Shown in pieces: positions 49,401 to 62,231 of a stretch of DNA of 64,000 nt. A program made the translations under genes and the position numbers. The first letter of the stretch is position 1. Each line of letters starts with the position of its first letter. Source of the stretch: Camelus ferus (Eukaryota); NCBI RefSeq assembly GCF_009834535.1, contig NC_045696.1:70806001-70870000 (forward strand). The letters run 5' to 3'. The notes beneath the pieces were generated by a model that saw only the letters and a list, made by a program, of their open reading frames with translations, ran no database searches and was not told the DNA's origin.

Positions 49401-51407
49401 TCTGAACTCCAACCCCTAGGATGCCTGTGAAATCAGAGCCTCATAAAAGTCACCACCAGAGGGCACTGGATGAACAATTACATCCTTTGGTGGCAAATGA
49501 CCCACAAAATGTGAAGAAACTCCAATGGGGGAGGACCGAATGCTTCTCCTTTCTGAGTAACAGAGTGGAGCCAGGGAAACTCCGGGAATTAGAGAGACAG
49601 GAAATCAACCTCTACCCAGACTCAACCTCCCCATAGTGGAATTTGTGGTCCTAATTAAGGGCCTCAGTTTCCATCTAAGGAGGGAGAATGAGGTAAGCTT
49701 AGTCATCACGTTTCAAGCTTTGTTCAAGTACCTGCACTTCTGCCGTCAGTGGTGCCCTGGAACCAGGGTTCATCAGAGCCCTGTGTTAAACGTTCACAGC
49801 CCAGCACGCTGCATGCAGACAAAGGTGTAGTTCTCCACCCTCACCTCAGGTGGGCCTCAGCACTGCCCAGCAGCCTGACTACAATCCTCCAACCCAGTGG
49901 CCTTCAGCCTGACTGCACAACAGCATCTCCTGGGCAGCTTCTAAATGATGCCAGACGCAGCCCACTCCAGACTAAGTGTGGGGCCCTTGGGGGCACAGCG
50001 GCTCCCAGGTGACGCTGATGCAGGCAGCAGGTCAAGGACCCCAGCCACCCATCACTGAGGGGCAGAGCCAGTGGTCTGTTCTCCCCTGGACACCGCCTTG
50101 CCAGCATAGAGGAGGGGCCTACATGACTGAAGTGTGGGGAAAGCAAGTTTATCCCATGTCTTTCTTCATGAAGCCTCAGAGCAGTTGACACAGAGGGAAG
50201 CTGAGGCACTGAGAGCCCCCCACCGCCCCTGCCCAGGACACACAGTGTTTCACAGACCAAGCCATGGTAGTCCTGGGGTGTAGTCTCAGGCTCTTAATTG
50301 TCATAGTAGAAGCCACTTGGTTTAAAAGGCCCAGGTCATCTTGTACGCCTTAAACTTACGCAGAATCAAGCATTTCTTAATAAAACTGGAAAAAAATAAT
50401 AAAGGGCCCTGGGACCAGGGCTAGACTCTGCCTCTCTAACCATGAGCCTTGAGGCCTTCAGTCAGTCAATTCTCTGATCCTCTATTTCTTCATCTATAAA
50501 TGAAGATAAATACCTCTCAAGATTGTTTTGAAGTCTGAGTTAAAACCATCTATAAATCAATGTTTTGACAACCTTAAAACACTGATGCAATATAGCACGT
50601 TCTTTTAAATAAACTTTAAATTTTACTTATTTTTTAAAAGCAGGAAATAGACATATATGGGAAAAATTCTAAAAACAAATGACCCTCCCTCCCTTGTCCC
50701 CAGTAATCGTTCCCACTTCTGAGAGGCAAGTATTGTTAGCAGTTCCTCAGGGGTAACTAATGCATTCCCAGCAGGAGCTCCACCGAGTCAGCCAGTTCCC
50801 TGTGCGGATCACAAGTTCTCCTGAATGTGCCAGATTCAGGTTCCTCGAATGTTACAGAGTCCTTACTACCTGTCAAGCTCTTTCACACATACCCTCTCTT
50901 TTAATTATCAAAAACAGAACAAGAAAACTTGTCAGGTAGCATTAAGACTCCTACTTTTCAGATATAGGAACTATGTTTAAGCAGTTTGGCTAAGGTCACC
51001 CAACAAGACAGTGGTAATACCAGGGCCCAAATCCAGGTCCTGTAACTCACAGGCTCTGACCACTGCTCCACCGCCACCCCAGGAATCCGCCCATGTCCCT
51101 GCCATCCCCTCCCACAGCACAACCCCAACTCACTGAGTCCCTGGGCACTGGAGTCGGCCAGCTCTGCTCTTCGTGTGGGTGTTCACGGCATGTACGCTTG
51201 CTTTGCGTGTGAGAATGCAGTGTGGGTGAGCAAGCTCACATGCACGTGCCTTTCCTTTTTAAGGAGGCTGTGCTTCCTGAGGAAGGCAGCTCAGGTGATA
51301 CCTGTGGGCTTTTGTGCCTCAGTCAGTGCTGCCCAAGACCTAACGACCCAGTGGCCTTGGCAAGGCTGCAGGGGCTTTGGCTCAGGTGGCTGGAACCAAG
51401 GCCCCTT

Positions 51408-51410
<3 letters not shown>

Positions 51411-51446
<36 letters not shown>
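51411..51446. repeat. (CA)n microsatellite, about 18 units
   Basis: Pure AC run. Confidence 0.95.
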
Positions 51447-51448
<2 letters not shown>

Positions 51449-52719
51449 CACAGTCATTCTGACCTTCTTTTCACTAGAATCTCCTCCCCGGGTGCAGAAG
51501 AATTTGCCACATCCAGGTGTCATGATGCCAGAAGCCCTGGGTCTCGAATGTTGGACGTGATCCAAACTCCAACCACTCTCCAACTCGCTTTCAAGAAAGG
51601 TTAGGTTTTCATCAGACTAGTTAACCTTCCACCCTATTCTATACTTTTACCTGAGAAACAAGAAGAATCTTAGGATTTTGGAATTATCAACCTGAGTGGA
51701 ATTCCCACTCCACCCCCAACCCTGCCGGATGAAAAATCTAAAAAGAGATAAACTGTGTGAATGAGGTTTCTAAGCTGTTTTGTTGGGAGTGGTTTTCTGC
51801 TTTTAAAAATAGTGCATCCGCATTGAATGCCTCCAAGCCCCAGCTCCCTCATTTGTACAACAGGGATATTAACAATATACACACCATAGGTTTGTCTCAA
51901 GGATTAAATGAGACAAAGTACGCAAAGTGCTGAGCTGAGTACCATGTTTCAGGGTGTTTGATGCACAGCAAGCACTTGGTAAATGTTAGCCATTACTTTG
52001 TAAAAGCTGAATCGCTTCTGAGGCTGAGGGCTAATTTGCCAGCTCCCAGTTTGGTCCTTTTCTCTATCTTGATTCTAATGGCTGCTAATTGTTCACAGGC
52101 TAAATTTTTACTGACTGAGGCATTTCTCCTAGACTCTCTTTGAAAGCAGGCGCCTCTAGTAAGTAAAAAATGTGATTCAACTTATAAAACTTCTATTTTT
52201 GTCCTCCCCCGACCCCCATTTTTGGAACTATCTTTTTCCATCAGCTGAGGAATTGGATCAGACAAAGCTGTGAAATCTTTTCCAATGAAAAATGGATGAC
52301 TCTGTTGTATAAAGTGACGCACTGTCTACTCAAGAATCTTAGGGCCAAATATCAACAAAAGCAGATTAATATTTTGCAGAGAGTAATTTGCAAACTGAGA
52401 GAGCTGAACCAAAACATTTAACATCCAATGATGAATGACTTGTCAATAATGAAGTTCCTTTGTATGCAATACATAATTCACAGAGGAAGCAGAGCCTCAT
52501 CTGCCTAATTTAGCAAGCTTTAAAAGATAAAAAAGAATGAATCCTAAGGAATTAATCTGTGATGGAGGGGGAAATTTTTCTAAGTTGTTCAGCAATGTAT
52601 TATTTATAGAGCCCCCAATGATACATAATCTAAATCTCTCACAAGATGAAAATGGTTAAGTAAAATTTGGCTCATCCAAACATTTGGAATATTATGCAAT
52701 CTTTAGATGGATGCAGCCT

Positions 52720-52960
52720 AAAATAGTGGTTACAGCCACCTGCTCTGGTCTTACTTAGGCTGCCTGCATTCAAATCCAGACTCCATCTCTGATGAGCTGC
52801 ATAACTTGGACAACTCATTTAATTCCTCTCCACCTCTGTTTCCTCACTTGCAAAATGGAGATTAAACTAGTGTGTACCTCAGAGAGTTGTTGAAGATTAA
52901 ATGTAAAGCTCTTGGAACAGTTGCTGGGGAACAGTAAATATTTAACACGTGTTAGCTAAT
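52720..52960 (+). mobile_element. MIR SINE
   Basis: agtggtta...ttcaaatccagactcc...ctgtttcctcacttgcaaaatggag...gttgttgaagattaaatg. Confidence 0.7.
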
Positions 52961-52980
52961 ACAAGATTTTAATAACACAG

Positions 52981-53320
52981 TGTGGGAGGGACTGCTAACA
53001 TCATCAAATCCTTTTCATCTTCTTCTAGGGCTTCTGGCTAGATGACAGGGACTAGCCTTCCTTTCAGCTAGGTGTAGCTCTGTGGCTAAATTCAGGCCAA
53101 CAGAATGAGAGCAAAAGTGATGTGTGTCCCCACCAGGCACGGTCCATACAGACCTCACATGCACTGTCTCTCAACTTAAATCCTGCTGCTGGCTTGATGC
53201 AGACAAATGCAGTGATCAGGAGTAGCCACTTGGCCTTCTCGTGAATGAGAAACGTTTTAGAGTTAAGACAGTGGAATTTGGGGATTCATCAATTACAGCA
53301 GCAAACATTAACTACTGCAC
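52981..53320 (+). mobile_element. MLT1J/I-like MaLR LTR
   Basis: gcctt...ctaggtgt...gtggctaaattcaggccaacagaatgagagcaaaagtgatgtgtg...gaatgagaaa...ttaag...gaatttgggg...ttacagcagc. Confidence 0.65.
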
Positions 53321-53941
53321 AAAGGATTATTTTAATGTCAAGTGATTAATATAGGATATATAAATGATATGCCAGAGACTGGCAGATGTCCACCAATATT
53401 TGTTCTTTTTTTTTTTAACTGAGGAAAACGTAAGTACAGTGAAATGCAAAGATCTCAAGTGTACAACACAAAAGGTTCTATGAATTTTTACCCCTATATA
53501 ACCAACACACTAATCAAAATGTAGGCTATGTCCATCACCCTAGAAAATTCCCTTGTGCTCCACCCCCACAGGCAACCACCATTCCAATGTCCATCACCAT
53601 GGATTAGTTTTGCGCCTTCTTGAGCGCCATGTGAATGGGTCATGCATTATGTACTTATTTGTGTCTGGTTTCTTTCACTCAACAAACATAATATTTCTGA
53701 GGTTCATGCATATTGCTGCATATAACAATAGTTCATTCTTTTAAAATTGTTAAACAGTATTCCATTGTCTGACTAAGCCACAGTTTGTTTATCCGTTCTC
53801 CTGTTGATGGACATTTGGATTATTTCTAGGCTTTTACTATTGTGTATAAAGCTACTGTGAACATTCATGTACAAGTATTCTTGTAAACTTTTTTGTTTTC
53901 ATTTCTCTTGGGTAAAAATATCTAGAGGAGGAATTGCTGAG

Positions 53942-54807
53942 TGTATTAGTTTTCTATTGCTCTAACAAATTACCACAAACTTAGGGGCTTAAAACAGCTC
54001 AAGTTCATTATTTTATAGTTCTGTGGTCAGAAGACTGACCCAGGTCTTGCTGGAGTGAAACTGCAGTCATCAGGGCTGTGTTCCTTTCCGGAGTCTCTCA
54101 GGGTGCCTTAGTCAGCTCGGGCTGCCATCACAAAGTACCATGGACTGGGTGGCTTAAAGGATAGAAGTTAATTTTCTCAATTTCAGCACCCAGAAAGCTG
54201 AGACCAGAGTGCCAGCACAGTCAGGTTCCGATGAGGGTTCTCTTCCTGGCTTGCAGATGGTCACCATCTTGCGGTGTGTTCACAATGGCCGGCATGGGGG
54301 GCAGGTGTGCTCTCTGGTGTCTCCCCTTTGAAGGGCACTAATCCCTCATAAGGGCCCCAGGACCCTCTTATGACCTCATCTAACCTTAATTACCTCCCAA
54401 AGCCTTATCTCTAAATACCACCACGCTGGGGTTAGGGTTTCAACATATGAATTGTGGAGGGTGACAGTTCAGTCTACAGCAAGAGTGACTCAGTTTCTGT
54501 GCTTTTTTCAGCTTCTGGAGCTGTCCACATTTCCTGGCTCATGGCCCCCTTCCCTTGTTTTTTTTTTTTTTGTTTGTTTGTTTTTAAATTGAAGTATAGT
54601 CAATTTACAATGTCATGTCACCCCCTTCCCTTCTAATTACGTTGAGCTCATCTGGATAACCTGAGATACTTTCTCAATTGCAAAATCCTTAACTTAATCC
54701 CATCTGCAAGGTCCCTTTTGCCACGTAATGTAACACAGTCACAAGTTCTGGGGACTGGGATGTGGACATCTTTGTAGGCAGTGGGGGATATTGTCCTGCC
54801 AACCACA
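53942..54807 (-). mobile_element. MLT1C/D-like MaLR LTR hosting a nested MLT1A and a tiny L1 3' fragment
   Basis: TGTATTAG...aacaaattaccacaaactta...ggcttaaaaca start and ...gggactgggatgtggacatcttt...AACCACA end; flanks ctgag/ctggg (4 of 5 TSD match). Confidence 0.72.
54104..54481 (-). mobile_element. MLT1A-like MaLR LTR (apparently full length)
   Basis: TGCCTTAGTC.GCTCGGGCTGCCAT...ctcttcctggcttgcagatgg...atgacctcatctaaccttaattacctcccaaag...tcaacatatgaatt...TTCAGTCTACAGCA. Confidence 0.8.
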
Positions 54808-55127
54808 CTGGGTCATAAGATGGTATATGTTTACCTTTATGTAAGAAACTTCAACACAATTTTCCTAAATGGTTGCCCCATTTTACATAGTCACCAGCAA
54901 TATATGAAAATCTAATTGTTCCACACCCCTGCCAACATTTAGAATGTTCAATCTTTTTAATGTTAGTCATCCTAAGGGGGTGCAAAGTGTGGTTTTAATT
55001 TGCATTTCCCTGATGACTAAGTTGAACATCTCCTGTGCTTACGGACAAGAGAATTTTCTTTTTACGATCGATCTGCAAGACTTCTTTTTATATGCTGAAT
55101 ACAAATTCATTATCATATGTAGGTCCT

Positions 55128-57480
55128 GTGTTGGGGAAGGGAAAATTCCCTCCTCCCCCTCTTGAGTTCTTTTGGCTGATCTAATAATTAAATTGACACA
55201 AGACATTAACAGGAAAAAAAAAAACCCAACAATTTAATTCATACACACAGAAGTCTCATAGAAACTGGAATCCCCGAAATGACCAAAGCAGGCTGTTTAT
55301 ATATCATCTTTACAAAAAGGAACAATTATTTGGGAAGATTTCACAAAGGGCCTTGTGCTTAGGGAAACAGAGTAATGAGGAAGTAACAAAGTTTGCTTAC
55401 ACAGCATTCTTAGCCTTGAATTCCCTAACTCTGGTAATAAGGATGCTTTCTATCCTCCTGGTACAGGGAGGATATCTTCACACGGAAGATTTAGTTTCTG
55501 CTTTCACTGGGGAAAGCAGGAGGTGAAAGTGTTTTTTGTTTTTTGTGATTTTTTTTCATATATTATATATAATTTTTCCCCACCAGCTGTTTCTCAGATA
55601 ACTTCAATTCAAAATTATCAATACAGCAAAAATAAACAAATGGGACATAATTAAACTTTTAAGCTTTTGCACAGCAAAGGAAACTATAAACAAAACAAAA
55701 AGACAACCTACAGAATGGGAGAAACTTTTTGCAAATGAGGCAATTGACAAGGGCTTAATTTCCAGAATATACAAACAGCTCATACAACTCAATAACAACA
55801 ACAACAAAAACCCCAACCTAATGAAAAAAATGGACAGAAGACTTAAACAGACATTTCTCCAATGAGGACTTACAGATGGCCAATAGGCACATGAAAAGAT
55901 GTTCAGTATCACTAATTATCAGAGAAATGCAAATTAAAACTACAATGAGATATCACCTCACACCAGTCAGAATGGCCATCATCCAAAAGTCCACAAATGA
56001 CAAATGCTGGAGAGGCTGTGGAGAAAAGGGAACCCTCCCACACTGCTGGTGGGAATGCGGTTTGGTGCAGCCACTGTGGAAAACAGTATGGAGATTCCTC
56101 AAAATACTAGGAATAGACTTACCATATGACCCAGGAATCCCACTCTTGGGCATATATCCAGAAGGAACTCTACTTCAAAAAGACATCTGCACCCCAGTGT
56201 TCATAGCAGCACTATTTACAATAGCCAAGATGTGGAAACAGCCTAAATGTCCATTAACAGATGACTAGATAAAGAAGATGTGGTATATTTATACAATGAA
56301 ATACTATTCAGCCATAAAAACCAATAACATAACACCATTTGCAGCCACATGGATGTCCCTGGAGAATGTGATTCTAAGTGAAGTAAGCCAGAAAGAGAAA
56401 GAAAAATACCATATGAGATCGCTCATATGTGGAATCTGAAAAAAAACCAAAACATAAATACAAAACAGAAACAGATTCATAGACATAGAATACAAACTTG
56501 TGGTTGCCAAGAGGGCAGGGGGTGGGAAGGGACAGACTGGGATTTCAAAATGTAGAATAGATAAACAGGATTATACTGTACAGCACCAGGAAATATATAC
56601 AAGATCTTGTGGTAGTTCACAGCTAAAAGAAAAGTGACAATGAGTATACGTATATTCATGTATAACTGAAAAATTGTGCTCTACACTGGAATTTGACACA
56701 ACATTGTAAAAATGGGCTATAACTCACTAAAAAAATGTTTTAAAAAATGAAAATAGAGCTACCATATGATCCAACAATCCCACTCCTGGGCATATATCAG
56801 AGAGGAAACTTTAATTCAACAAGATACATGCACCCCAATGTTCATAGCAGCATTATTTACAATAATCAAGACATGGAAACAACCTAAATGTCTGTCGACA
56901 GATGACTGGATAAAGAAGATGTGCTGTATCTATACAATGGAATACTACTCAGTCTTAAAAAAAAAGAATAAAATAGTGCCATTTGCAGCAAAATGGGTAG
57001 AACTAGAGATTATTGTACTAAGTGAAGTAAGCCAGAAAGAGAAAGACAAATACCGTGTGATGTCACTTGTATGTGAAATCTAAAAAAAAAAAAAAAGATA
57101 CAAATGAATTTATTTACAAAACAGAAATAGACTTACAGACATAGAAAATAAATTTATGGTTACCAGTGGGGAAGGGGAAGAGGGATAAATTGGGAGTTTG
57201 GGATTTGCAGATACTAACTACTATATATAAAATAGATAAACAACAAGGTCCTACTCTATAGCACAGGGAACTAGTATTCAATAGCTTGTAATAACCTATA
57301 ATGAAAAAGAATATGGAAAAGAATATATATATGTCTGTGTGTATAACTGAATCATCATACTATACACCAGACTAGCACAACATCAGTAAATTGATTATAC
57401 TTCGATTAAAAAAGAAAACCCCACAAAATTATCAGTATGTAAATGTGGCATGTCTTGGGGCAGTCTGCTCTGAGCCCCAG
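55128..57480. mobile_element. ERV1-class solo LTR (55128-55623 plus 57424-57480) split by an L1 insertion
   Basis: TGTTGGGG start, taattaaattgacacaagacattaacagga, and the terminal motif cttcaattcaaaattatca[a/g]ta..gtggcatgtcttgggg...tgagcccc, which rejoins across the L1. Confidence 0.6.
55624..57423 (+). mobile_element. 5'-truncated L1 composite: ORF2 C-terminus plus 3'UTR (to about 56745), followed by a second L1 3' end (about 56746-57423)
   Basis: ORF 55876..56268 is L1 ORF2p C-terminal ([30 protein letters not shown]...[22 protein letters not shown]); ORF 56766..57083 is a second copy. TSD CAAAATTATCA(A/G)TA at 55610-55623 and 57424-57437. Confidence 0.92.
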
Positions 57481-57769
57481 TAGTTCCTTCCACGTATTGA
57501 AAGCTAAGTTGGAGGCTGTAGAGAGCAAAACCGGGTTAGTAGTTGAGTGGTAAGAGATCTGCAAAGGGAGAAAAGAGTACAGATTAGAATGAGGATGAAT
57601 GAACAGAAAAGAACAAATTGAAGCACATTTTCCCAACTCCATTAATCTGGCTCCCTGGGAATAGATCAGCCCAGTAAAATGGCTTTGCTTCATTTACATG
57701 ATGGAAAGTGTCAATCTTCTCTTTTGATAGATGTAAGTTAGACACTACCAGGGCAGCCTATTCTGAGGC

Positions 57770-59410
57770 ACAACAATTGCAAATATTTTCTCCCAGTCTG
57801 GGTGTTGACTTTCCATTTTCTCCAAGTATCTTTCAATGAGTAGACTTTTTTCTGGGTAAGTTCAATTTATGTTTTTCTTTTATGGTTTGTACTTTTTGTA
57901 TCCTAAGAAATCTGTCTATCTCAGCACCATTGTGGCAGACTGTAATTTCCAAATATAGCTGTGACAATACTTCCTATCTATGTGCTCTTCTACAGTGTGA
58001 TCTTGCCACGCCTTCCATCTCCCTTCGGTGTTTGATAGAATTCACTAATGAGACCATCTGGGCCTCCAGTTTCCTGTGTGGAAAGATTTTAAAAAATTAT
58101 TATTAGAAATTCAATTTATTTAATGGGCACAGGGATATTTAAGTTTTCTCTTTCTTCTTGAGTCAGTTTAGGTAAGTTGTGTTTTTCAAGGAATTTGTTC
58201 ATTTAAGTTGTTGAATTTATTGGCATAGATTGTTTCCTAATAGTCCTTTTTAATATTTTCAAGGTCTGAGAATTCTTAGGGACTTCCATCTTTTGTCCCT
58301 GGTATTGATAATTTTCTTTTTTTCCTTCACCAATCTCATGCAAGATCTATTATTTTTATTAATCTTTTCATAGAACCAAATTTCAGCTATGTTCATTTTC
58401 TTTATGGTTTGACTATTGATCTTCACCATTATCTTCATTATTTCCTTCCTTCTACTTACTTTGACTTTGATTTACCCATATATTTTTCTTAAGTTGGAAA
58501 CTTAAATCATTGATTTTAAGCCCTTGTTACTTTTCTGATATAAGCACTGAAATCTACACACTTCCCTCTAAGTGCTGCTTGGGTCAATCTCACAGATTTT
58601 GCTGTTTTACAACTTCATTATTATTCAGCCTTATTTTCTAATGTATTTTCTAATTTCTCTTGTGTTTTTCTTTGACTTATAATTTATTTAGAATTACCTT
58701 GTTTAATTTCCAAATATTTGGGGGTTTTCCTAGCTATCATGTTGTTATCAATACCTAACTCAATTTTGTCGTAGTCAGAGAACATACTCATAAGATTTCA
58801 GTCTTCTGAAATGTACTGAGACTTACATTATGCTCCAGCGATTGGTCTGTCCTGCTGAACACTTTGTGTGCACTTGAAAAGAAAGTGCAGCTATTGTATG
58901 TGGTGTTCTATAAGTGAGCATCTAGCTAGTTGAACTTTACTGGTACTGTGGTTTTGCAGTCAATGAATTCTCTCATCATCTATTGCATCATTTATTTTCA
59001 AATGATTGCAATTTACCCTCATTTCTGAGGTGTATAGTTTCAGTATAGAAAACTGGATGGTCAGGTTTTTCTTTCAGCCATTCAAAGCTGTTAGTATTCC
59101 ATTGTCTTCCGGAGTCTGTTGTTTTTCATGAGCAGTCAGCCATCATTCATTTCATTGCTCTCCTGTGTATAATGTGTCTTTTATTTGGCAACTTTTAAGA
59201 TTTTCTGTTTATATTTAGTTCTCAACAGTTTGACTATGGTGGACGTTGGTATGGTTTTATTTTTGTTTATCTTGCTTGGGGCTCACTGATCTTCGTGGAT
59301 CTGTAGGTTGACGTTTTCACTAAATTTTGGAGACATGTGACCATTATATCTTCATATACTTTTTTTCTGCCCCTTCTTTCTTCTCTTTTCTTTCTGAGAT
59401 CTCCGCTTTA
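57770..59410 (-). mobile_element. Old L1 ORF2 fragments, antisense
   Basis: T-rich; ttgcaaatattttctcccagtctg, tagaattcac...ccatctgggcct, tttcttcttgagtcagtt, gtagtcagagaacatact, gcacttgaaaagaa. Confidence 0.7.
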
Positions 59411-59421
59411 ACTATGTTAGT

Positions 59422-60188
59422 TGTAGAGAGTAGATTTGGGGGGACAGCTAGTAATCACAGCCGTAACATTCCAGGCATCAGGAAAAGGAAGCAAAGAGAA
59501 CTAATTTACTTCTGCTCATACTCCCTTGGGCCAGTTCCCCACTCAGCTGTGTATCCAATTAAATTAACTACTTAAAGAAGGAAAGGATTTTGATTATATC
59601 CCTGATGGAGTAACTGATACCAGATCTCCACCACCACTACCATAAACAACTATAAAAGTGTGGACTGGCGTCCTGTGAAGCCTGGCTGCTACTCCCATTT
59701 GGCTCCCAGCCTGGATGACCTCCCAGTCCTCACCTATAGGGTCGGCTCTTCCTCCCAAGGATATGCAGGAAATTCTGGACACCTTTCATGCCAATGAATG
59801 CCAGAGGAGACTCTGAGGAGCTACACTCTGGCCTTCTTTCTGCCTAAACAAGCAGAAGGGTTGCTCCAGGGCAGGTACCTGGTGAGGCTTCTCTTCCCAG
59901 AACCCTAAACAAAAACGGGGTCAGGGGCCTCTTCTGCTTTTGATGTTTCCTTCTATCTACCTATCTACAATTTTGGACAGTGAGGATATAACAGCTCTCA
60001 CCAACTGCTTCCCCTCTCTTCCTCATCCTCCCACAGTCCTCCCTGGAGAAGGGGTGCTGGCTATTTTCCCCACTTCGTCTTGATAGTGGTTTGCCCTGTG
60101 TAGACATTTGTGATAAAGTCCACCAGGCTGGTGCTTGATTTATCAAAGGGCAAGCTTCAGGACAAAATCTTTCCTTTTCTTTCCTACA
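59422..60188. mobile_element. Putative solo LTR (family uncertain)
   Basis: Abrupt composition change from the flanking L1; inverted termini TGTAG...CTACA; about 770 bp. Confidence 0.35.
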
Positions 60189-61349
60189 CAAAGGCTGGCA
60201 TCTAAGACTCCTGCCTTGCTAAGGAAATGAAGGAAGTCAGGGTTGAGACCCAGTGTCTCAAGGGCCTCTCTGCCCCAGGCAGTCCCTGCCCTTCTTTTTC
60301 TAGGCAATGAGCTTCATGGCTCAGCCTCAGAGAAGAGAAGCTGAAAGAGAGTGTGATTTATGGGGGAAATTAAAATACATGACTTTAATATTTTTCCTGT
60401 TGCATATTTTATCTCGGTTTGCCACTCATAGCTTCACTTTGTTTATGATGTCTTTCAAGGACAACCTTTTTAATATTTATGGTGTCAAATCTGTTAGCTT
60501 TCCCTTAATGACTTCTGTGTTTGGTGCCCTGCATAGGAAATCTTTCTTCACTCTATGACTGAACAGAACTTCTAATGGCTGCAAAATATGCCATTGTGAA
60601 AGTATGCAAATGTGCCCTAATTTATTTACAGATGAATATTTAGTATGTTTCTGCTTTTAAGACATCATAAATAATGTAATGAACATCTTTGTAAATACAT
60701 TTTTTTCCTCTGAAACTTAAATCCCTTCTTTAAGATAGATTCTTAGGAGGTTCATGGGTCTTCTTCACTATTTTAAAAGCCTTAACAACAGTTAAACATT
60801 TACCTTTTATAAAGCTGCACAGGCCAACTAAAATGCCAAACTCTTTTCTTTTGCATGGAACTGCAGCTGCTCAGTGTGGTGACATTTATATTTCATGTTG
60901 ATTAGAAGCTATGGAAGTTACAAATGACTTTGATGAATAAAAGAATGAGAAAAGCAATTATTAGTCAACAAATGCAATTTGTCTAATACACTAAATCTTG
61001 TCAAAGACAGAGGAAAACATAATAAAAAGTGTTTCTTATTTTGTAGAGAGGTCCAGAAAAAAAAAAAAAGGTCATCTCAAGGATATCCAGTTAATGCAAA
61101 GTAATCAGCTTCTAGATTTCATAGGCACACGAATAAACTCATCATCACCATCCCTGCCATCATCACATCACCCCTTCCATACGCCCAGCTTCGCCTGAAG
61201 GGAGCCCACGCTGCTCCCGCACCGCAGCCTGAGCTGGGCTATAGAGGTTTCTTCACTCCCAGCTACATATGAGAAAGCAGAGTTCCAGAGATGTGGTTGC
61301 ACATGAACTGGAAGGGTAGGTTTCTGAACCTAAGTCCAGTATCTTGTGA

Positions 61350-61550
61350 GATGCAGTATAGCACAGTAGTCAAGAAATTAGGTTCCGGAATCAGACATTC
61401 TGGGTTAAAAGGCCCAGTACCCTGCATCTTACCAGCTTTTGGCCTCAGGGCAACTCTCTGTGGTTGAGTTTCTTCCTCTATAGAAGGGAGACATGAAAGC
61501 ACTTACCTCAGAGGATGAAATGAAGTGATCAATAAGAAAGCATAAATGAC
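61350..61550 (+). mobile_element. MIR SINE
   Basis: gcagtatagcacagtagtcaaga...tccggaatcagac..tctgggtt. Confidence 0.65.
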
Positions 61551-62231
61551 AAGACAACATATAGCCAGAAGGGGTTGTCCATTCATAGCACTAAGGTCTC
61601 CAGGCTCAGTGAGCCCATATAATACAAGCAATATAAGTAACAGCCACTAAGAACATTTACTTTAACTCTTCAATTCAAATGTACTCCTAGAGTTTGAGTT
61701 TACCAAATCTACCTCAGTAGGCCCTTACCCTGTGGGCTCACACAGGTGCTCACACATTTATTGGGGGTCTCTGTACAGCTTTAGCAGGACACAGGTGAAC
61801 TCAGATGCCAAGTCTCAGGGGCTGAGGGCCCCCTCCCCAAGCAGCATGTAAACTGATGCTCAGAGAGGGTGGATGAGCACCTCATCCAGCTGAGGGAAAT
61901 CTGTGAACTTCTGCCCAGGTTCTCTTTTTAAAATAAATATCTTCTGTGGTTTTGAGAGAATCTTTTTTCTTACAATAGGAGTATATGTGTATTGAAGAAA
62001 ATTCAGAAAATAGAGACAAGCAAAAAATGGAAAATTAATATTATTTGTAATCCCATCTCCTAGGGGAAAATATAGTTAGTGTATTTATTTTGCATCTTTT
62101 TTTTCTGTGTGTATGTATGCTTTGTTTGTGCAAGACACACTTTAAAAAAACAGAATGGGGTTCACTCAGATTATTTTCTCTTAACCATAAACCTAAATAT
62201 TTCTCATTATCGTACACAATTTCTTACACTC

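Larger units (their letters stand above)
53400..55120 (-). mobile_element. Old L1 (L1MD/ME-like) 3' region, antisense, interrupted by MaLR LTRs
   Basis: tattccattgt...ttctcctgttgatggacatttg...gaattgctg|ggtcata...caccagcaatatatga...ttaatttgcatttccctgatgac. Confidence 0.75.

Noticed and set aside
55876..57083. Protein-coding ORFs (130 aa and 105 aa)
   Set aside because: Fragments of L1 ORF2p in truncated elements
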